Counted from the first letter of the stretch, positions 1-18,353 are shown. The stretch: 64,000 bases of DNA from Eledone cirrhosa (GCA_964016885.1 OZ024753.1:32550001-32614000); one strand, 5' to 3'. The notes: generated by a model from the sequence alone, not told the origin. Numbers and translations are program-made.

Positions 1-570
1 TATCAATCTGTTGGCTAAGAATCAACCGCGAGTAGAAAGCCCGCAGCACTTAGCATTATACTAGTCATTAAAATTACAATATTTGTTCATTGACAGCTAT
101 TATGAAGCGACGTGAGAATATGTAAGGATAATAAAGTTACAATCTACTGGATTTATCGACTTATTTAAACACGTAATATATTAATATATATGATGTGATA
201 ACGGTGAAAACATCGTTTTATATATATATATAATCATTAACACAGTAACTTTAACATCAGTCGATCGCTACAATATCGGTAAAAATATCCCTAAAGTGAC
301 TAGTAACCGGACGGTGTGAGTTGACAGTCAACCTTATGTTAAAAGAACTCGAGCGGAATTCAAGAAGTAGAGAGTTCGTTTTGTCGCAGTAACAGCTGGC
401 AACATGGGGTTCCAGCGTTTTCAAAATTTTTAATCGCCCTGAGAAAGGTTAATAGCCTTGAAATAGCATGTTAATATACACTGGGTAAAACATTACTTTG
501 CTTTGTTTTATTTCATTTGTCATAATTTCTCTTCGTATTTTTCTACGCATTGGACCGGCTTAAAAAGAAC

Positions 571-642
<72 letters not shown>

Positions 643-1426
643 TTTTTGAATTCATTTTGCAACACGACCCTCTCAAAGTATAACAATATATATATTACAT
701 TCATTCTTGTATAAATCTTAATCGTTGGACAACAAACAAGCTGATACACAGCAATGAAGATCTTAGTTTTCATACTGAGGCAAGTACTTATATCATCATG
801 ATACTACTAATTTGAACGGTCTGTGTGATCCTACAGTTATGTAGAGGAATAAAACACGAACATTGTTTTTTTAAAAACAGGTATACGAACACATAACACA
901 CACGTGTGTGTACGCGAGCGTGTATGTGTATTTCATAGTCACTAACACACACCAAATCCAACATGAGCGTGCAAGCCCGGGACCCCCCCTTTAGATTTTG
1001 ATTTGACATAAATAATCCGTTCTCTCTCTGGAAACTAACACATCGATTTTGAAGCATAGACAACGTTGTCAAATCAGAGAAAGAAAACGAACAAATACTC
1101 ATAGTCACGTCGGTTTCTGCCACTTGGCTCAGCTCAGACTGCACATGTACCGCAGTTACAGCAGTTGCACCGGCAAGGAGATGAGATGAGTTTCACAATA
1201 GGAATTGTATCGAATTGCGAAGCCTCTGGGGTTATTACTGCTCTTACATACATATATACATAGACGATTTATTATCTAAACCTTTTATCTTTGCACAAGA
1301 GATCTAACATCCAAGAGATCTAACATCCAAGAGAAATGAAAGAAAATAGACATGAAAGAAAAAAGTTGGTCACACAATTTAATACGTATGCGGCTTTGTC
1401 TGCATCTCCCTCTCTGTCTGTCTCTC

Positions 1427-1492
<66 letters not shown>

Positions 1493-1949
1493 TGTGTGTG
1501 TGTGTGTATGTGTGTGTATGACTAGTATTCTGTAGCATCATATATCTATGAAGTATTTTGTCAGAGGTAGTGATACAGTTGATGACTTGGGTAAGAAATA
1601 TAAATATACAACCCTGTTTATTACTATAAACAACGTCATATATTTTTTCTTTGTTTACCCAAGTGATAAAACTGTATATGATGTTTGAAACGTACGATGT
1701 TTCAAATATCATATATATCATGTGAGAAACTGAATAATTAAAATTATGTATATATACTCTAATTAATGGAATTAATATACATATATTGTGTTAGTGTGTT
1801 TGATAAAATAGTCAAACCCTGTTCGTTAAGTATTAAATGCACGCTATTAAATCTTGCAATACGTGATGAAAAGGGCCAGTTAGACCAGGATACAGAGATA
1901 CAGTGAGCGTGGCATGTAAGAAGGAGATGCTAGCTGGTTTAATACATAC

Positions 1950-1981
<32 letters not shown>

Positions 1982-2094
1982 GTGTGTGTGTGTAAAAGGT
2001 AAACAGCGATAACAACATATTCGGTACATTATAAGGAAGGGATATATTAGGTTAACGCTTGATATAGCAGGAAGAGGGTACGCACGCACTCACT

Positions 2095-2479
2095 CACACA
2101 CACATATATATATATATATATACACGTAAAGATACATACACAAACATGTGCATCTTCATATACACACACATATATATACACGTAAATATACATACAAAAA
2201 CATGTGCATCTTCATATATACACACACATATATATATATATATACACGTAAATATACATACACAAACATGTGCATCTTCATATACACACACACATATATA
2301 TATATATACACGTAAATATACATACACAAACATGTGCATCTTCATATACACACACACACATATATATATATATATACACGTAAATATACATACACAAACA
2401 TGTGCATCTTCATATACACACACACATATATATATATATACACGTAAATATACATACACAAACATGTGCATCTTCATAT

Positions 2480-2514
<35 letters not shown>

Positions 2515-2739
2515 CACGTAAAGATACATACACAAACATGTGCATCTTCATACACACACACACACACACATATATATACACGTAAATATACATACACAAA
2601 CATGTGCATCTCATATACACACACATATGTATATATATATACACGTAAATATACATACACAAACATGTGCATCTCATATACACACACACATATATATATA
2701 CACGTAAATATACATACACAAACATGTGCATCTTCATAT

Positions 2740-2778
<39 letters not shown>

Positions 2779-2812
2779 CACGTAAAGATACATACACAAA
2801 CATGTGCATCTT

Positions 2813-2860
<48 letters not shown>

Positions 2861-2959
2861 CACAAACATGTGCATCTCATATACACACACACATATATAT
2901 ATATATACACGTAAATATACATACACAAACATGTGCATCTCATATACACACACACACAT

Positions 2960-2960
<1 letters not shown>
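2095..2960. repeat. Compound minisatellite, ~56-78 bp unit, about 13 copies
   Basis: Repeated core TACACGTAAATATACATACACAAACATGTGCATCTTCATA followed by variable (CA)n(TA)n; explains the H/T/Y/I-rich ORFs here. Confidence 0.95.
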
Positions 2961-3020
<60 letters not shown>

Positions 3021-4090
3021 CACGTACGTTCATATATAATTGATGTTATAAAGATACAATGTTGAAATCAAATGTTATCTCCTTAGTCAATCGGGATTTA
3101 TTTCCGCATGAATATTTTTCTCATTACAGCATGATGTATATACACAGTGGCAATTTGAGAAAAAAAAGTGCATATTTGCATCTCAGGTAAACCCCATGAT
3201 ACTTGAATAAATTTCAATATTCTATACATTTCATTCTAGAATCATACACATCTTACGATTTCATCTTATCAAAACCAGAAGATTATTATATATATGGCTT
3301 CTAACAAACATGTTCCGCGGAGAAATAAGTTTTTTGTGAATTTCTTCCTGAAGACACGTAAGAAGATTAAGAAAATCTAAAATTTAAAGTAAATTCTAAA
3401 GAAATGTCTAGTGTTCGCAAAATAATTTGATTCTTCAATGAGGGATAATGATAGAGTTTCTATAAGAAAACTGGGAGAGATATTTCCTTGATTTTCTTTT
3501 CATTGGGAATAGCTGAAATTAAAACGATTATGTTTCACCTAATTAATATATAATATTTCAAACCACATTTAAGAAAATAGATGATTTATCTAATCTCAGG
3601 TATATTGTATTTTACATTAGAGTAATTCTTAAGCTCAGTAGAATATATAGTATTTCGGATAATTTTGGAAATCAATGGTAATGACTACAGCATAGCGAAT
3701 TGTGCGGCACTAAACCTAAATCCCATGGAATATGCGACAAACTTGAGCAAACCATCAACCTAACACATTCGCGTTGACTCTCTAATACTTTATCTATAAA
3801 TACATATCACACAGTTCATACCGGCACACAGACATACGGACACACAGACATATGGACACACGCATACCTATATATATATATATATATATATGAGAGTATT
3901 GAAGTTTGCTTGAAGCATTGTGGAATAATAAGGTATATTTCTTTAGGTCGTTTTGGAAGCCTCAACAATGCAGATGGATAAATCTCCGAGTAACAAGATC
4001 CGGTGGTGGAGAGAGAGATGTAAGTGAATGTAGGTTGAGATGTGTAGCACACATATACGCACACATATACATATATACACACATATACAC

Positions 4091-4122
<32 letters not shown>

Positions 4123-5246
4123 AAACACACATATAGGTGCATATGCATAAACATATACATATATATGCATATATACGCATGCACTTATAAGTATGTGAGT
4201 GTATGTGAATGCATGTTTATAATTTCCGCTGATTTGAATGGAGAGTAAAATAGCTACAGCTGGAACACTATTTGTTATACTGTTTGCTCTTAGATTTTAA
4301 TCTTCTGTCACTTCCCATGCAGTCAATTGTCCTCCAGGAAATGTAATATATATTTTATATTATCTTAAAATAATTTATCATGTTTCAATTGCAATAGCCA
4401 CATCTGTACAGATACGCACAGAATCCACATTACGGAGATGTACAGCTTCATTCTAGATGATTAGGGATAGCAAGGCGTATATACAATTTTATGGAGAATA
4501 CGTGCCTTAGTCAACAAATAGTAATTTGAACATGAAGTTTTAGGATCGCAATAGCTATCGTAAATAATAACATTTGAAGCATATAACCAAGAATAAGATT
4601 GTATAGAAACATTTCGGGGATGCTAAAGTGTAAAGCGATCTCTCGCTCAAACATATACTGTATATGTGCGTGAGCGTTTAAACGTTTGCGAGCTCCATGT
4701 GAAATGAATACATGTGTATATCTTTCGTCAACATCGCCAAAGATATATAAACAATGCTGAGTAAACCGAAACAATAACATATCACTGTGTTCATAAAGAG
4801 TGTCCTTTGATATATTTAAACTGCTATAAATAACACTCCCATGTCAGTCACGTTATAAAATTTATTTTAGAAAATCAGTGATTGGCTTGTCAGAAAAATC
4901 TGTTTATACGGGCTTTATTGTTTTGAAACAAATAAGAAATATAACAAAGTTATATCTACAAAATATAGCAAAATATATTATGATATTTAAAGAAAATAAT
5001 TTCCCCTCCAACGCTGCGTATATTTGACAAGATATATTTTATTTGATATGGTTTCAAAACAAATGGTTTCACGAAAGGGTCTCCAAGGAGATGCAATACT
5101 CACAGGTGTGTGAAGAGAATTGTGTTGAAGAATATTAAAAATGCCCGAGAAAACGCAAAAGATAATTTACTGATACATTCATTCGGTATACCATTCTCTC
5201 ACCTCCTCACATACATGCGCGCGCGCACACACACCAATATATAAAT

Positions 5247-5459
5247 ATAGGAGAGAGTATGACCCCGACGGCAGAGCTCAAGACGTTTCGACGGCTATTT
5301 CTGGACTAAAGTCTGACTTTAGTCCAGAAATAGCCGTCGAAACGGCTTGAGCTCTGCCGTCGGGGTCATACTCTCTCCTATTACCCACTCTACTGCCCTA
5401 GGTATTGAGTACTCTGGTGCGTTATGGTCCTTCTGGTTCCTTACCACAACTCCTCCGTT
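5247..5459. mobile_element. GC-rich hairpin mini-element, copy 1 (palindrome 5247-5381 plus ~78 bp tail)
   Basis: ~67 bp arms with one mismatch centred at 5314; homologous to 38933-39074 and 48614-48819; ends in (TA)n. Confidence 0.85.
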
Positions 5460-5656
5460 ATATATATATATAAATATACATATTTATAGACATACATATG
5501 TGTGTGTGTGTGTGTGTGCATACATATTTATATACATACATATGTATATATATATATACACACACACACACATATATATATATATGTATAAATATATATA
5601 TACATAACGACATACATATATGCACAAAATAGTTTATTATAATTCGATATAATATT

Positions 5657-5724
<68 letters not shown>

Positions 5725-6387
5725 CTAGAGATATGAAAGGATAGATATATATACACGCCAATATATTTGTGTAGATGCGTATGCACATCATTTTATATAC
5801 ACAACAATGTAAATATGCTTACATACTTGTCATCACACACAATTACACACGCACGCGAACATATATACTATATATATAGAATTACAATAAAAGCTTTTCT
5901 GCTTAATTGATTTTACACACAACTATACAGCCATCCGTAATCGATTTTACCTTAAATCATTCGAAATTTCAATATCGCTTGCTCAAACTAATCTCAGCCG
6001 TTTGTTTGTCACGTAAACTTTGACGAAATAAAGGAAACTGTTTAGAAATATATTTCCGTATTTCATTTCTCAAAGTATATTTGATTATCAAACAATTTTC
6101 CATTATTAATGTAAATTTCAATTTCCTGTAAATGACACCCATCATTACACAAGATGACATATGCAGAACGTTGCAGTATGTTTGTACGACAAAATAGTTA
6201 ATAGACTGGGCGCCATAATTCAGGCTTGTGGGGATGGAAACACCTGGAAAAGTGTGTTGTGTATTAAACTAGTCGCTTAATCATGAAACATTTGTTGATT
6301 TGCTACTGTTTTGTAATTTATTCTTCTTCTTTACAATACACACATATCTCCACACAAACAGACGTATACATTTATAATATACATATC

Positions 6388-6496
<109 letters not shown>

Positions 6497-7364
6497 TGTG
6501 TTTACTTGTATACTGTGTCTGTGTGTGTATTTAATTGATGCTCAGCTTTCGAATCGTCACTAGTTATAATTTCCCGCTTGTGTTTTTCACACTTGTAAAC
6601 TGGAAGATCGGATTGGCGACGAAAGAAAAATCCATATTTAGTTAAATATATACTACATATAAATATGTGTGTATATATCTGTGTGTGTGTTCCTGTGAAT
6701 ATAGAATTAATTAAATATATACGTGTATGTACCTGTCTATCTCTAAACGCACGCGGACCCATATTAAAATGCAAAATATTAAAATGTGAAAGAAAGAAAG
6801 AAAGAAACTGAACAACATGTCTTCCGAAATTTGCAGTGCTTTCATTTCCGTTAGAAAGAACTTTATTGAATTCAATATTTTCTTCACAAAAGGCCAAAAG
6901 TCGCCAACATTACAATATTCCGTTCGCTAACATAACCATCAGCTATGATATCATATCTGATTAATAAACCATACATGCCCCTATAGAAATTACATGAACA
7001 ATGTGAATATTCATATGTTTTCCTTGGCCGGCGTCTTCATCATTGATTGCTTTACATAATATTTCTTTAAGTTTTCCGGCTACAAACACCGACAATTAAT
7101 AAATGAATAAATATCTAAATCGTTAAATAAAAAGCAACTATTTTCAAATAGTTGATTTGCATAATGACCCTGTCTTGATATATTCGATTTTTGTTCTTAA
7201 GTTATTATATAGATATAGTCACAGATTTAGTGTATGGATGTGAGAGGGTGCAGAAAAGAATGATGTATTTTTGCATGTATATATGTATGTGTGGAGAGGA
7301 AAAGGGGGGGAGACAAAGACAGAGAGATATAGAGGCGGAGGGACGGCGTATTATAATTCATAAT

Positions 7365-7545
7365 GGATGTGAACTGCTAAAACGTCTTACAAGATGTCTC
7401 GTTCTGAACATCTACGTTCGGATTTCGAATTTGTCTTTCCTTGTTCAAAGATCGATAAATATAGTATGACCTACGAACATCAGTCGCTTAAATAAATTGT
7501 CCCTTCCCCTACAAATTGCTAGCCTTGTGCTTAAATTAGAAACCC
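7365..7545 (+). mobile_element. Degenerate tRNA-derived SINE
   Basis: GTTCGGATTTC...TTTGTCTTTCCTT...GATCGATAAA...GCCTTGTGCTTAAATTAGAAAC resembles the clearer copy at 43667-43845. Confidence 0.5.
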
Positions 7546-9184
7546 GTATTCATTACGGCAAGTACCTCTGGAATGTTTGAAATTCGTAGTTCAAATCAGA
7601 GCCTACGACACTGCAAATGTTACACACTTGATAAGAATGTAAATGCTGAAAACATTTGCATGGACATATAGAGGAGAAAACGTCTATGCTATAAACAACA
7701 GCTAAATATCCCGCTTATCATATCTTACCTTTCAGAATGCGGTAAGAAGAGAGTTTGGACTTTTATATTTTGACTGCATTTTTACTGGTGTATTAGGATA
7801 GGGGCTTCAAGGCAACAAGAAGCCGTCCGTTGATCTCATAAGTCTCGTGGAACTCGGCTATGTTCTTTTTCGAGGTTCACGATAAAAGCAAACTCCTATT
7901 GGCAACAATCCCACGATTTCTTGAAGACCTGCCGCAGAGTGAATATTCGGTCGGTTGTGCTACGTGAGCTAGCTTAGAATGTATTTGCCATACACTAAGC
8001 ATGGACGTTTCCGAGAGGCAGAAAAAATATAACACAAGCAGTGCATTCGTCATGCAGTACTGAGTGTAGTTTTAGGGAGATTTTGCGAATCAAAATCCCT
8101 CATAATATCGATGCTATGTTTTAAGTAAATACAAATACATGAAATGTGCTGAATGATGAGAGTTACTATGTCATAGCTATTTAAAATTGCAGAACACCGA
8201 CAGAAGCGTAGCTAAGATATATGAGGCAAGACAGTCCCCCACGGTGCAATTATGAAGAAGCACTAACTTTCCTCTCTTTTAACTGTGGTGGGGCCGTCAA
8301 AAATATTTCCTATAGGGTGTTGAACATTCTTGTTCTTGGACTGAGTCCCGCTACAGATTACATAAAAAAAAACAGTGGATATTTTCTATGTTGCTGTGGT
8401 AGTTTACCTGCAAACTTAGCAATAAATATATAACGAATATGCGTTATACCTCCCAACAACCACTGCCACTCGCTCCGATTGATCATTGATTTTACTGCCG
8501 TACATATTAAAGAAAGATTTAGACTATTATAAACACATTTACATTTATTAATGGCAAATGTAGAACATTCCCCCTTCCGCTTGAAGAAGTTTACACTAAA
8601 TTGTTCCCACGTCAGTGAATGAAATACGTAGACGCCTTTGCATATTACCACATCAAAAGGATTATTTCAACTTACTACGAAACGTTTCTGCAATGCGTAT
8701 CATAAGTCATTTAAATACGGTACTCGTCAAGCATTTAGCTACGATTTTAGATCAAACATATTTCATTCATTGGAATACTATATTGGAAAGTTATATTAAT
8801 TGTGGGTTCTAGAATGATTGCTGCCGTGTGATATTTCATATGTAGGAGATCTGTAGAAACCATATACATTTATGGAAGAGTAGGTCGAAAAGCAGAATTG
8901 TTGCTGAGGTCACATCCAGCTGTGAATCGGGAAAAGGCTAAGAAGAAACACACACAGAAACACGCACAAATACACACGCACACAAACGTATGCGTAAGTA
9001 GCGGAAAACCTTTCTTTCAAACATGGTATGTTAAAATCACGGTGGTCAAGTTTGATATGTTTAAAGAACTTTCATAGTTTGCTTCTCTTTAGTTCGAAAC
9101 AATGAAATCACTCAGTCCATGAGACTTTTAACTTTGTAAGACGACATCACTAGCAGCATTCATAATCTTCAAATCAATCGTGGG

Positions 9185-9673
<489 letters not shown>

Positions 9674-9890
9674 CACGGAGGCGCATATATTGCCACACCA
9701 GTGCACATACATACTATAATGTGAAATAGAAATATCGATTCGATACAAGGCAGCAGACGTGGGCGAGCGAATGAAACAAAATTATCACATACCAATCAAG
9801 AATGAAAGGTATGTAATATAATATTATCTTTCCTCATTATTAATCCATGTATGTTTAGCAATTGCTGTCGCAGTGTTGCCTACAACTATG

Positions 9891-12800
9891 GTGTACGTCT
9901 TTCTACAAGTATACGTCTTTCTACAAGTATACGTCTTTCTACAAGTATACGTCTTTCTACAAGTATACGTCTTTCTACAATTGTACGTCTTTCTACAAGT
10001 ATACGTCTTTCTAGAAGTATACGTCTTTCTACAAGTGTACGTCTTTCTACAAGTGTACGTCTTTCTAGAAGTATACGTCTTTCTACAAGTGTAAGTCTTT
10101 CTACAAGTGTACGTCTTTCTACAAGTATACGTCTTTCTACAAGTGTACGTCTTTCTACAAGTGTAGTCTTTCTACAATTGTACGTCTTTATACAAGTGTA
10201 CGTCTTTCTAGAAGTATACGTCTTTCTACAAGTGTACGTCTTTCTACAAGTGTACGTCTTTCTAGAAGTATACGTCTTTCTACAAGTGTAAGTCTTTCTA
10301 CAAGTGTACGTCTTTCTACAAGTATACGTCTTTCTACAAGTGTACGTCTTTCTACAAGTATACGTCTTTCTACAAGTGTACGTCTTTCTAGAAGTATACG
10401 TCTTTCTACAAGTGTAAGACTTTCTACAAGTGTACGTCTTTCTACAAGTGTACGTCTTTCTACAAGTGTACGTCTTTCTACAAGTGTACGTCTTTCTACA
10501 AGTATACGTCTTTGTACAAGTGTAGTCTTTCTACAAGTGTACGTCTTTCTACAAGTTTACCTCTTTCTACAAGTGTACGTCTTTCTACAAGTATACGTCT
10601 TTCTACAAGTGTACGTCTTTCTACAAGTATACGTCTTTCTACAAGTGTACGACTTTCTACAAGTGTACTTCTTTCTACAAGTATACGTCTCTCTACAAGT
10701 ATACGTCTTTCTACAAGTGTACGTCTTTCTACAAGTATACGTCTTTCTACAAGTGTACGTCTTTCTACAAGTAGACGTCTTTCTACAAGTATACGTCTTT
10801 CTACAAGTGTACGTCTTTCTACAAGTTTACGTCATTCTACAAGTATACGTCTTTCTACAAGTGTACGTCTTTCTACAAGTATACGTCTTTCTACAAGTGT
10901 ACGTCTTTCTACAAGTATACGTCTTTCTACAAGTATACGTCTTTCTACAAGTGTACGTCTATCTACAAGTGTACGTCTTTCTACAAGTATACGTCTTTCT
11001 ACAAGTGTACGTCTTTCTAGAAGTATACGTCTTTCTACAAGTGTACGTCTTTCTACAAGTGTACGTCTTTCTACAAGTGTACGTCTTTCTACAAGTGTAC
11101 GTCTTTCTAGAAGTATACGTCTTTCTACAAGTGTACATCTTTCTACAAGTGTACGTCTTTCTACAAGTGTACATCTTTCTACAAGTATACGTCTTTCTAC
11201 AAGTGTAGTCTTTCTACAAGTGTACGTCTTTCTTCAAGTATACGTCTTTCTACAAGTGTACGTCTTTCTACAAGTTTACGTCTTTGTACAAATGTACGTC
11301 TTTCTACAAGTATGTCTTTCTACAAGTGTACGTCTTTCTACAAGTATACGTCTTTCTACAAGTGTACGTCTTTCTACAAGTGTACGTCTTTCTACAAGTG
11401 TACGTCTTTCTACAAGTGTACGTCTTTCTACAAGTATACGTCTTTCTACAAGTATACGTCTTTCTACAAGTATACGTCTTTCTAGAAGTGTACGTCTTTC
11501 TAGAAGTGTACGTCTTTCTCCAAGTGTACGTCTTTCTACAAGTGTACGTCTTTCTACAAGTATACGTCTTTCTACAAGTGTACGTCTTTCTACAAGTATA
11601 CGTCTTTCTACAAGTGTACTTCTTTCTACAAGTATACGTCTCTCTACAAGTATACGTCTTTCTACAAGTGTACGTCTTTCTACAAGTATACGTCTTTCTA
11701 CAAGTGTACGTCTTTCTACAAGTGTACGTCTTTCTACAAGTATACGTCTTTCTACAAGTGTACGTCTTTCTACAAGTTTACGTCTTTCTACAAGTATACG
11801 TCTTTCTACAAGTGTACGTCTTTCTACAAGTGTACGTCTTTCTACAAGTGTACGTCTTTCTACAAGTGTACGTCTTTCTAGAAGTATACGTCTTTCTACG
11901 AGTATACGTCTTTCTACAAGTGTACGTCTTTCTACAAGTATACGTCTTTCTAGAAGTATACGTCTTTCTACAAGTGTACGTCTTTCTATAAGTATACGTC
12001 TTTCTACAAGTATACGTCTTTCTACAAGTGTACATCTTTCTACAAGTGTACGTCTTTCTACAAGTGTACGTCTTTCTACCAGTGTACGTCTTTCTACAAG
12101 TGTACGTCTTTCTACAAGTATACGTCTTTCTAGAAGTGTACGTCTTTCTACAAGTATACGTCTTTCTACAAGTATACGTCTTTCTACAAGTGTACGTCTT
12201 TCTACAAGTGTACGTCTTTCTACAAGTGTACGTCTTTCTACAAGTATACGTCTTTCTACAAGTATACGTATTTCTACAAGTGTACGTCTTTCTACAAGTG
12301 TACGTCTTTCTACAAGTGTACGTCTTTCCACAAGTGTACGTCTTTCTACAAGTGTACGTCTTTCTACAAGTGTACGTCTTTCTAGAAGTATACGTCTTTC
12401 CACGAGTATACGTCTTTCTACAAGTATACGTCTTTCTACAAGTATACGTCTTTCTACAAGTATACGTCTTTCTACAAGTGTACGTCTTTCTACAAGTGTA
12501 CGTCTTTCTACAAGTATACGTCTTTCTACAAGTGTACGTCTTTCTACAAGTGTACGTCTTTCTACAAGTGTACGTCTTTCTACAAGTATACGTCTTTCTA
12601 CAAGTATACGTCTTTCTACAAGTATACGTCTTTCTACAAGTGTACGTCTTTCTACAAGTATACGTCTTTCTACAAGTGTATGTCTTTCTACAAGTATACG
12701 TCTTTCTACAAGTATACGTCTTTCTACAAATGTACGTCTTTCTACAAGTATACGTCTTTCTACAAGTGTACGTCTTTCTACAAGTGTACGTCTTTCTACA

Positions 12801-14817
12801 AGTATACGTCTTTCTACAAGTGTACGTCTTTCTACAAGTATACGTCTTTCTACAAGTGTACGTCTTTCTACAAGTGTACGTCTTTCTACAAGTGTACGTC
12901 TTTCTACAAGTGTACGTCTTTCTAGAAGTATACGTCTTTCTAGAAGTGTACGTCTTTCTACAAGTATACGTCTTTCTACAAGTATACGTCTTTCTACAAG
13001 TGTACGTATTTCTACAAGTGTACGTCTTTCTACAAGTGTACGTCTTTCTACAAGTATACGTCTTTCTAGAAGTATACGTCTTTCTACAAGTGTACGTCTT
13101 TCTACAAGTGTACGTCTTTCTACAAGTGTACGTCTTTCTACAAGTGTACGTCTTTCTAGAAGTATACGTCTTTCTACGAGTATACGTCTTTCTACAAGTA
13201 TACGTCTTTCTACAAGTATACGTCTTTCTACAAGTGTACGTCTTTCTACAAGTGTACGTCTTTCTAGAAGTATACGTCTTTCTACAAGTGTAAGTCTTTC
13301 TACAAGTGTACGTCTTTCTACAAGTATACGTCTTTCTACAAGTGTACGTCTTTCTACAAGTGTAGTCTTTCTACAATTGTACGTCTTTATACAAGTGTAC
13401 GTCTTTCTAGAAGTATACGTCTTTCTACAAGTGTACGTCTTTCTACAAGTGTACGTCTTTCTAGAAGTATACGTCTTTCTACAAGTGTAAGTCTTTCTAC
13501 AAGTGTACGTCTTTCTACAAGTATACGTCTTTCTACAAGTGTACGTCTTTCTACAAGTATACGTCTTTCTACAAGTATACGTCTTTCTACAAGTGTACGT
13601 CTTTCTAGAAGTATACGTCTTTCTACAAGTGTAAGTCTTTCTACAAGTGTACGTCTTTCTACAAGTGTACGTCTTTCTACAAGTGTACGTCTTTCTACAA
13701 GTGTACGTCTTTCTACAAGTATACGTCTTTGTACAAGTGTAGTCTTTCTACAAGTGTACGTCTTTCTACAAGTTTACGTCTTTCTACAAGTGTACGTCTT
13801 TCTACAAGTATACGTCTTTCTACAAGTGTACGTCTTTCTACAAGTATACGTCTTTCTACAAGTGTACGACTTTCTACAAGTGTACTTCTTTCTACAAGTA
13901 TACGTCTCTCTACAAGTATACGTCTTTCTACAAGTGTACGTCTTTCTACAAGTATACGTCTTTCTACAAGTGTACGTCTTTCTACAAGTAGACGTCTTTC
14001 TACAAGTATACGTCTTTCTACAAGTGTACGTCTTTCTACAAGTTTACGTCATTCTACAAGTATACGTCTTTCTACAAGTGTACGTCTTTCTACAAGTATA
14101 CGTCTTTCTACAAGTGTACGTCTTTCTACAAGTATACGTCTTTCTACAAGTATACGTCTTTCTACAAGTGTACGTCTATCTACAAGTGTACGTCTTTCTA
14201 CAAGTATACGTCTTTCTACAAGTGTACGTCTTTCTAGAAGTATACGTCTTTCTACAAGTGTACGTCTTTCTACAAGTGTACGTCTTTCTACAAGTATACG
14301 TCTTTCTACAAGTATACGTCTTTCTACAAGTATACGTCTTTCTACAAGTGTACATCTTTCTACAAGTGTACGTCTTTCTACAAGTGTACATCTTTCTACA
14401 AGTATACGTCTTTCTACAAGTGTAGTCTTTCTACAAGTGTACGTCTTTCTTCAAGTATACGTATTTCTACAAGTGTACGTCTTTCTACAAGTTTACGTCT
14501 TTGTACAAATGTACGTCTTTCTACAAGTATGTCTTTCTACAAGTGTACGTCTTTCTACAAGTATACGTCTTTCTACAAGTGTACGTCTTTCTACAAGTGT
14601 ACGTCTTTCTACAAGTGTACGTCTTTCTACAAGTGTACGTCTTTCTACAAGTGTACGTCTTTCTACAAGTGTACGTCTTTCTACAAGTGTACATCTTTCT
14701 ACAAGTGTACGTCTTTCTACAAGTGTACGTCTTTCTACAATGTACGTCTTTCTACAAGTGTACGTCTTTCTACAAGTGTACATCTTTCTACAAGTGTACG
14801 TCTTTATACAAGTGTAC
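9891..14817. repeat. 18-bp tandem satellite GTRTACGTCTTTCTACAA, about 270 copies
   Basis: Direct reading; the 18-bp unit is 6 codons, giving stop-free frames (VRLSTS / VYVFLQ / CTSFYK). Confidence 0.98.
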
Positions 14818-15014
14818 CAATCGCTTCTTACTAATCATTTCAAGCAACCCTCGCAATATGAAAATCATAATCTCCAATCAGTAGTGGCAAAACCGACCAT
14901 TGAGATTTCTGGAGACTTATAGATCATAAATATCCGGAACAGTACTGTTAAACGTACCTTTAACCGACAACTATGATTCTGATTATACAGACACACACAC
15001 ACACATATACATAC

Positions 15015-15891
<877 letters not shown>

Positions 15892-16109
15892 TACAAGTAC
15901 GTCTTTCTGCAAGTATACGTCTTTCTACAGGTATACGTCTTTCTACAAGTGTACGTCTTTCTACAAGTGTACGTCTTTCTACAAGTGTACGTCTTTCTAC
16001 AAGTGTACGTCTTTCTACATGTATACGTCTTTCTACAAGTGTACGTCTTTCTACAAGTGTACGTCTTTCTACAAGTATACGTCTTTCTACAAGTATACGT
16101 CTTTCTACA

Positions 16110-17350
<1,241 letters not shown>

Positions 17351-17356
17351 TGTTAT

Positions 17357-17390
<34 letters not shown>

Positions 17391-17459
17391 ATATAAATAT
17401 ACATACATATATTTTATATTTATATATATATATATACATATATATAAATACATATATGT

Positions 17460-17501
<42 letters not shown>

Positions 17502-17668
17502 AATTTACATACATATATTTTATATTTATATATATATATATACATATATATTATATATATATACATATATATATATATAAATATACATACATCTATTTTA
17601 TATTTATATATATATATATACATATATATTATGTATATATACATATATATAATATAAATATACATACA

Positions 17669-17707
<39 letters not shown>

Positions 17708-17890
17708 TATTATATATATATACACATATATAAATATACATACATATATTTTATATTTATATATATATATACATATATATAAATATACATATGAATACAT
17801 ATATGTTATATATATATATACATATATATAAATATGTATACATATATTTTATATATATATACATATATATAAATATGTATACATATATTT

Positions 17891-17930
<40 letters not shown>

Positions 17931-17957
17931 ATATATACATATATGGTGGCGGTGGAA

Positions 17958-17989
17958 AAGAGAATGAAAGAGTGTGGAAGAACAATATG

Positions 17990-18023
<34 letters not shown>

Positions 18024-18055
18024 CATATTGTTCTTCCACACTCTTTCATTCTCTT
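17958..18055. repeat. Inverted repeat, ~34 bp unique arms around (TA)n
   Basis: AAGAGAATGAAAGAGTGTGGAAGAACAATATGTC-(AT)n-GACATATTGTTCTTCCACACTCTTTCATTCTCTT. Confidence 0.95.
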
Positions 18056-18105
18056 GTATATGTACTCTTATATATACTCTTGATTTATATATATACTCTT
18101 ATATA

Positions 18106-18353
<248 letters not shown>

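Noticed and set aside
788-1200. 118-aa ORF or possible exon
   Set aside because: No recognisable motif and no supportable splice structure
2094-3065. 132-297 aa H/T/Y/C/V-rich ORFs
   Set aside because: Minisatellite translation
10512-13490. 992-aa ORF (RLSTSV repeats) and overlapping long ORFs
   Set aside because: Stop-free frames of an 18-bp satellite; scattered indels switch frames freely and there is no unique domain
9891-14817. CRISPR-like regular array
   Set aside because: No unique spacers; head-to-tail satellite in a eukaryotic context
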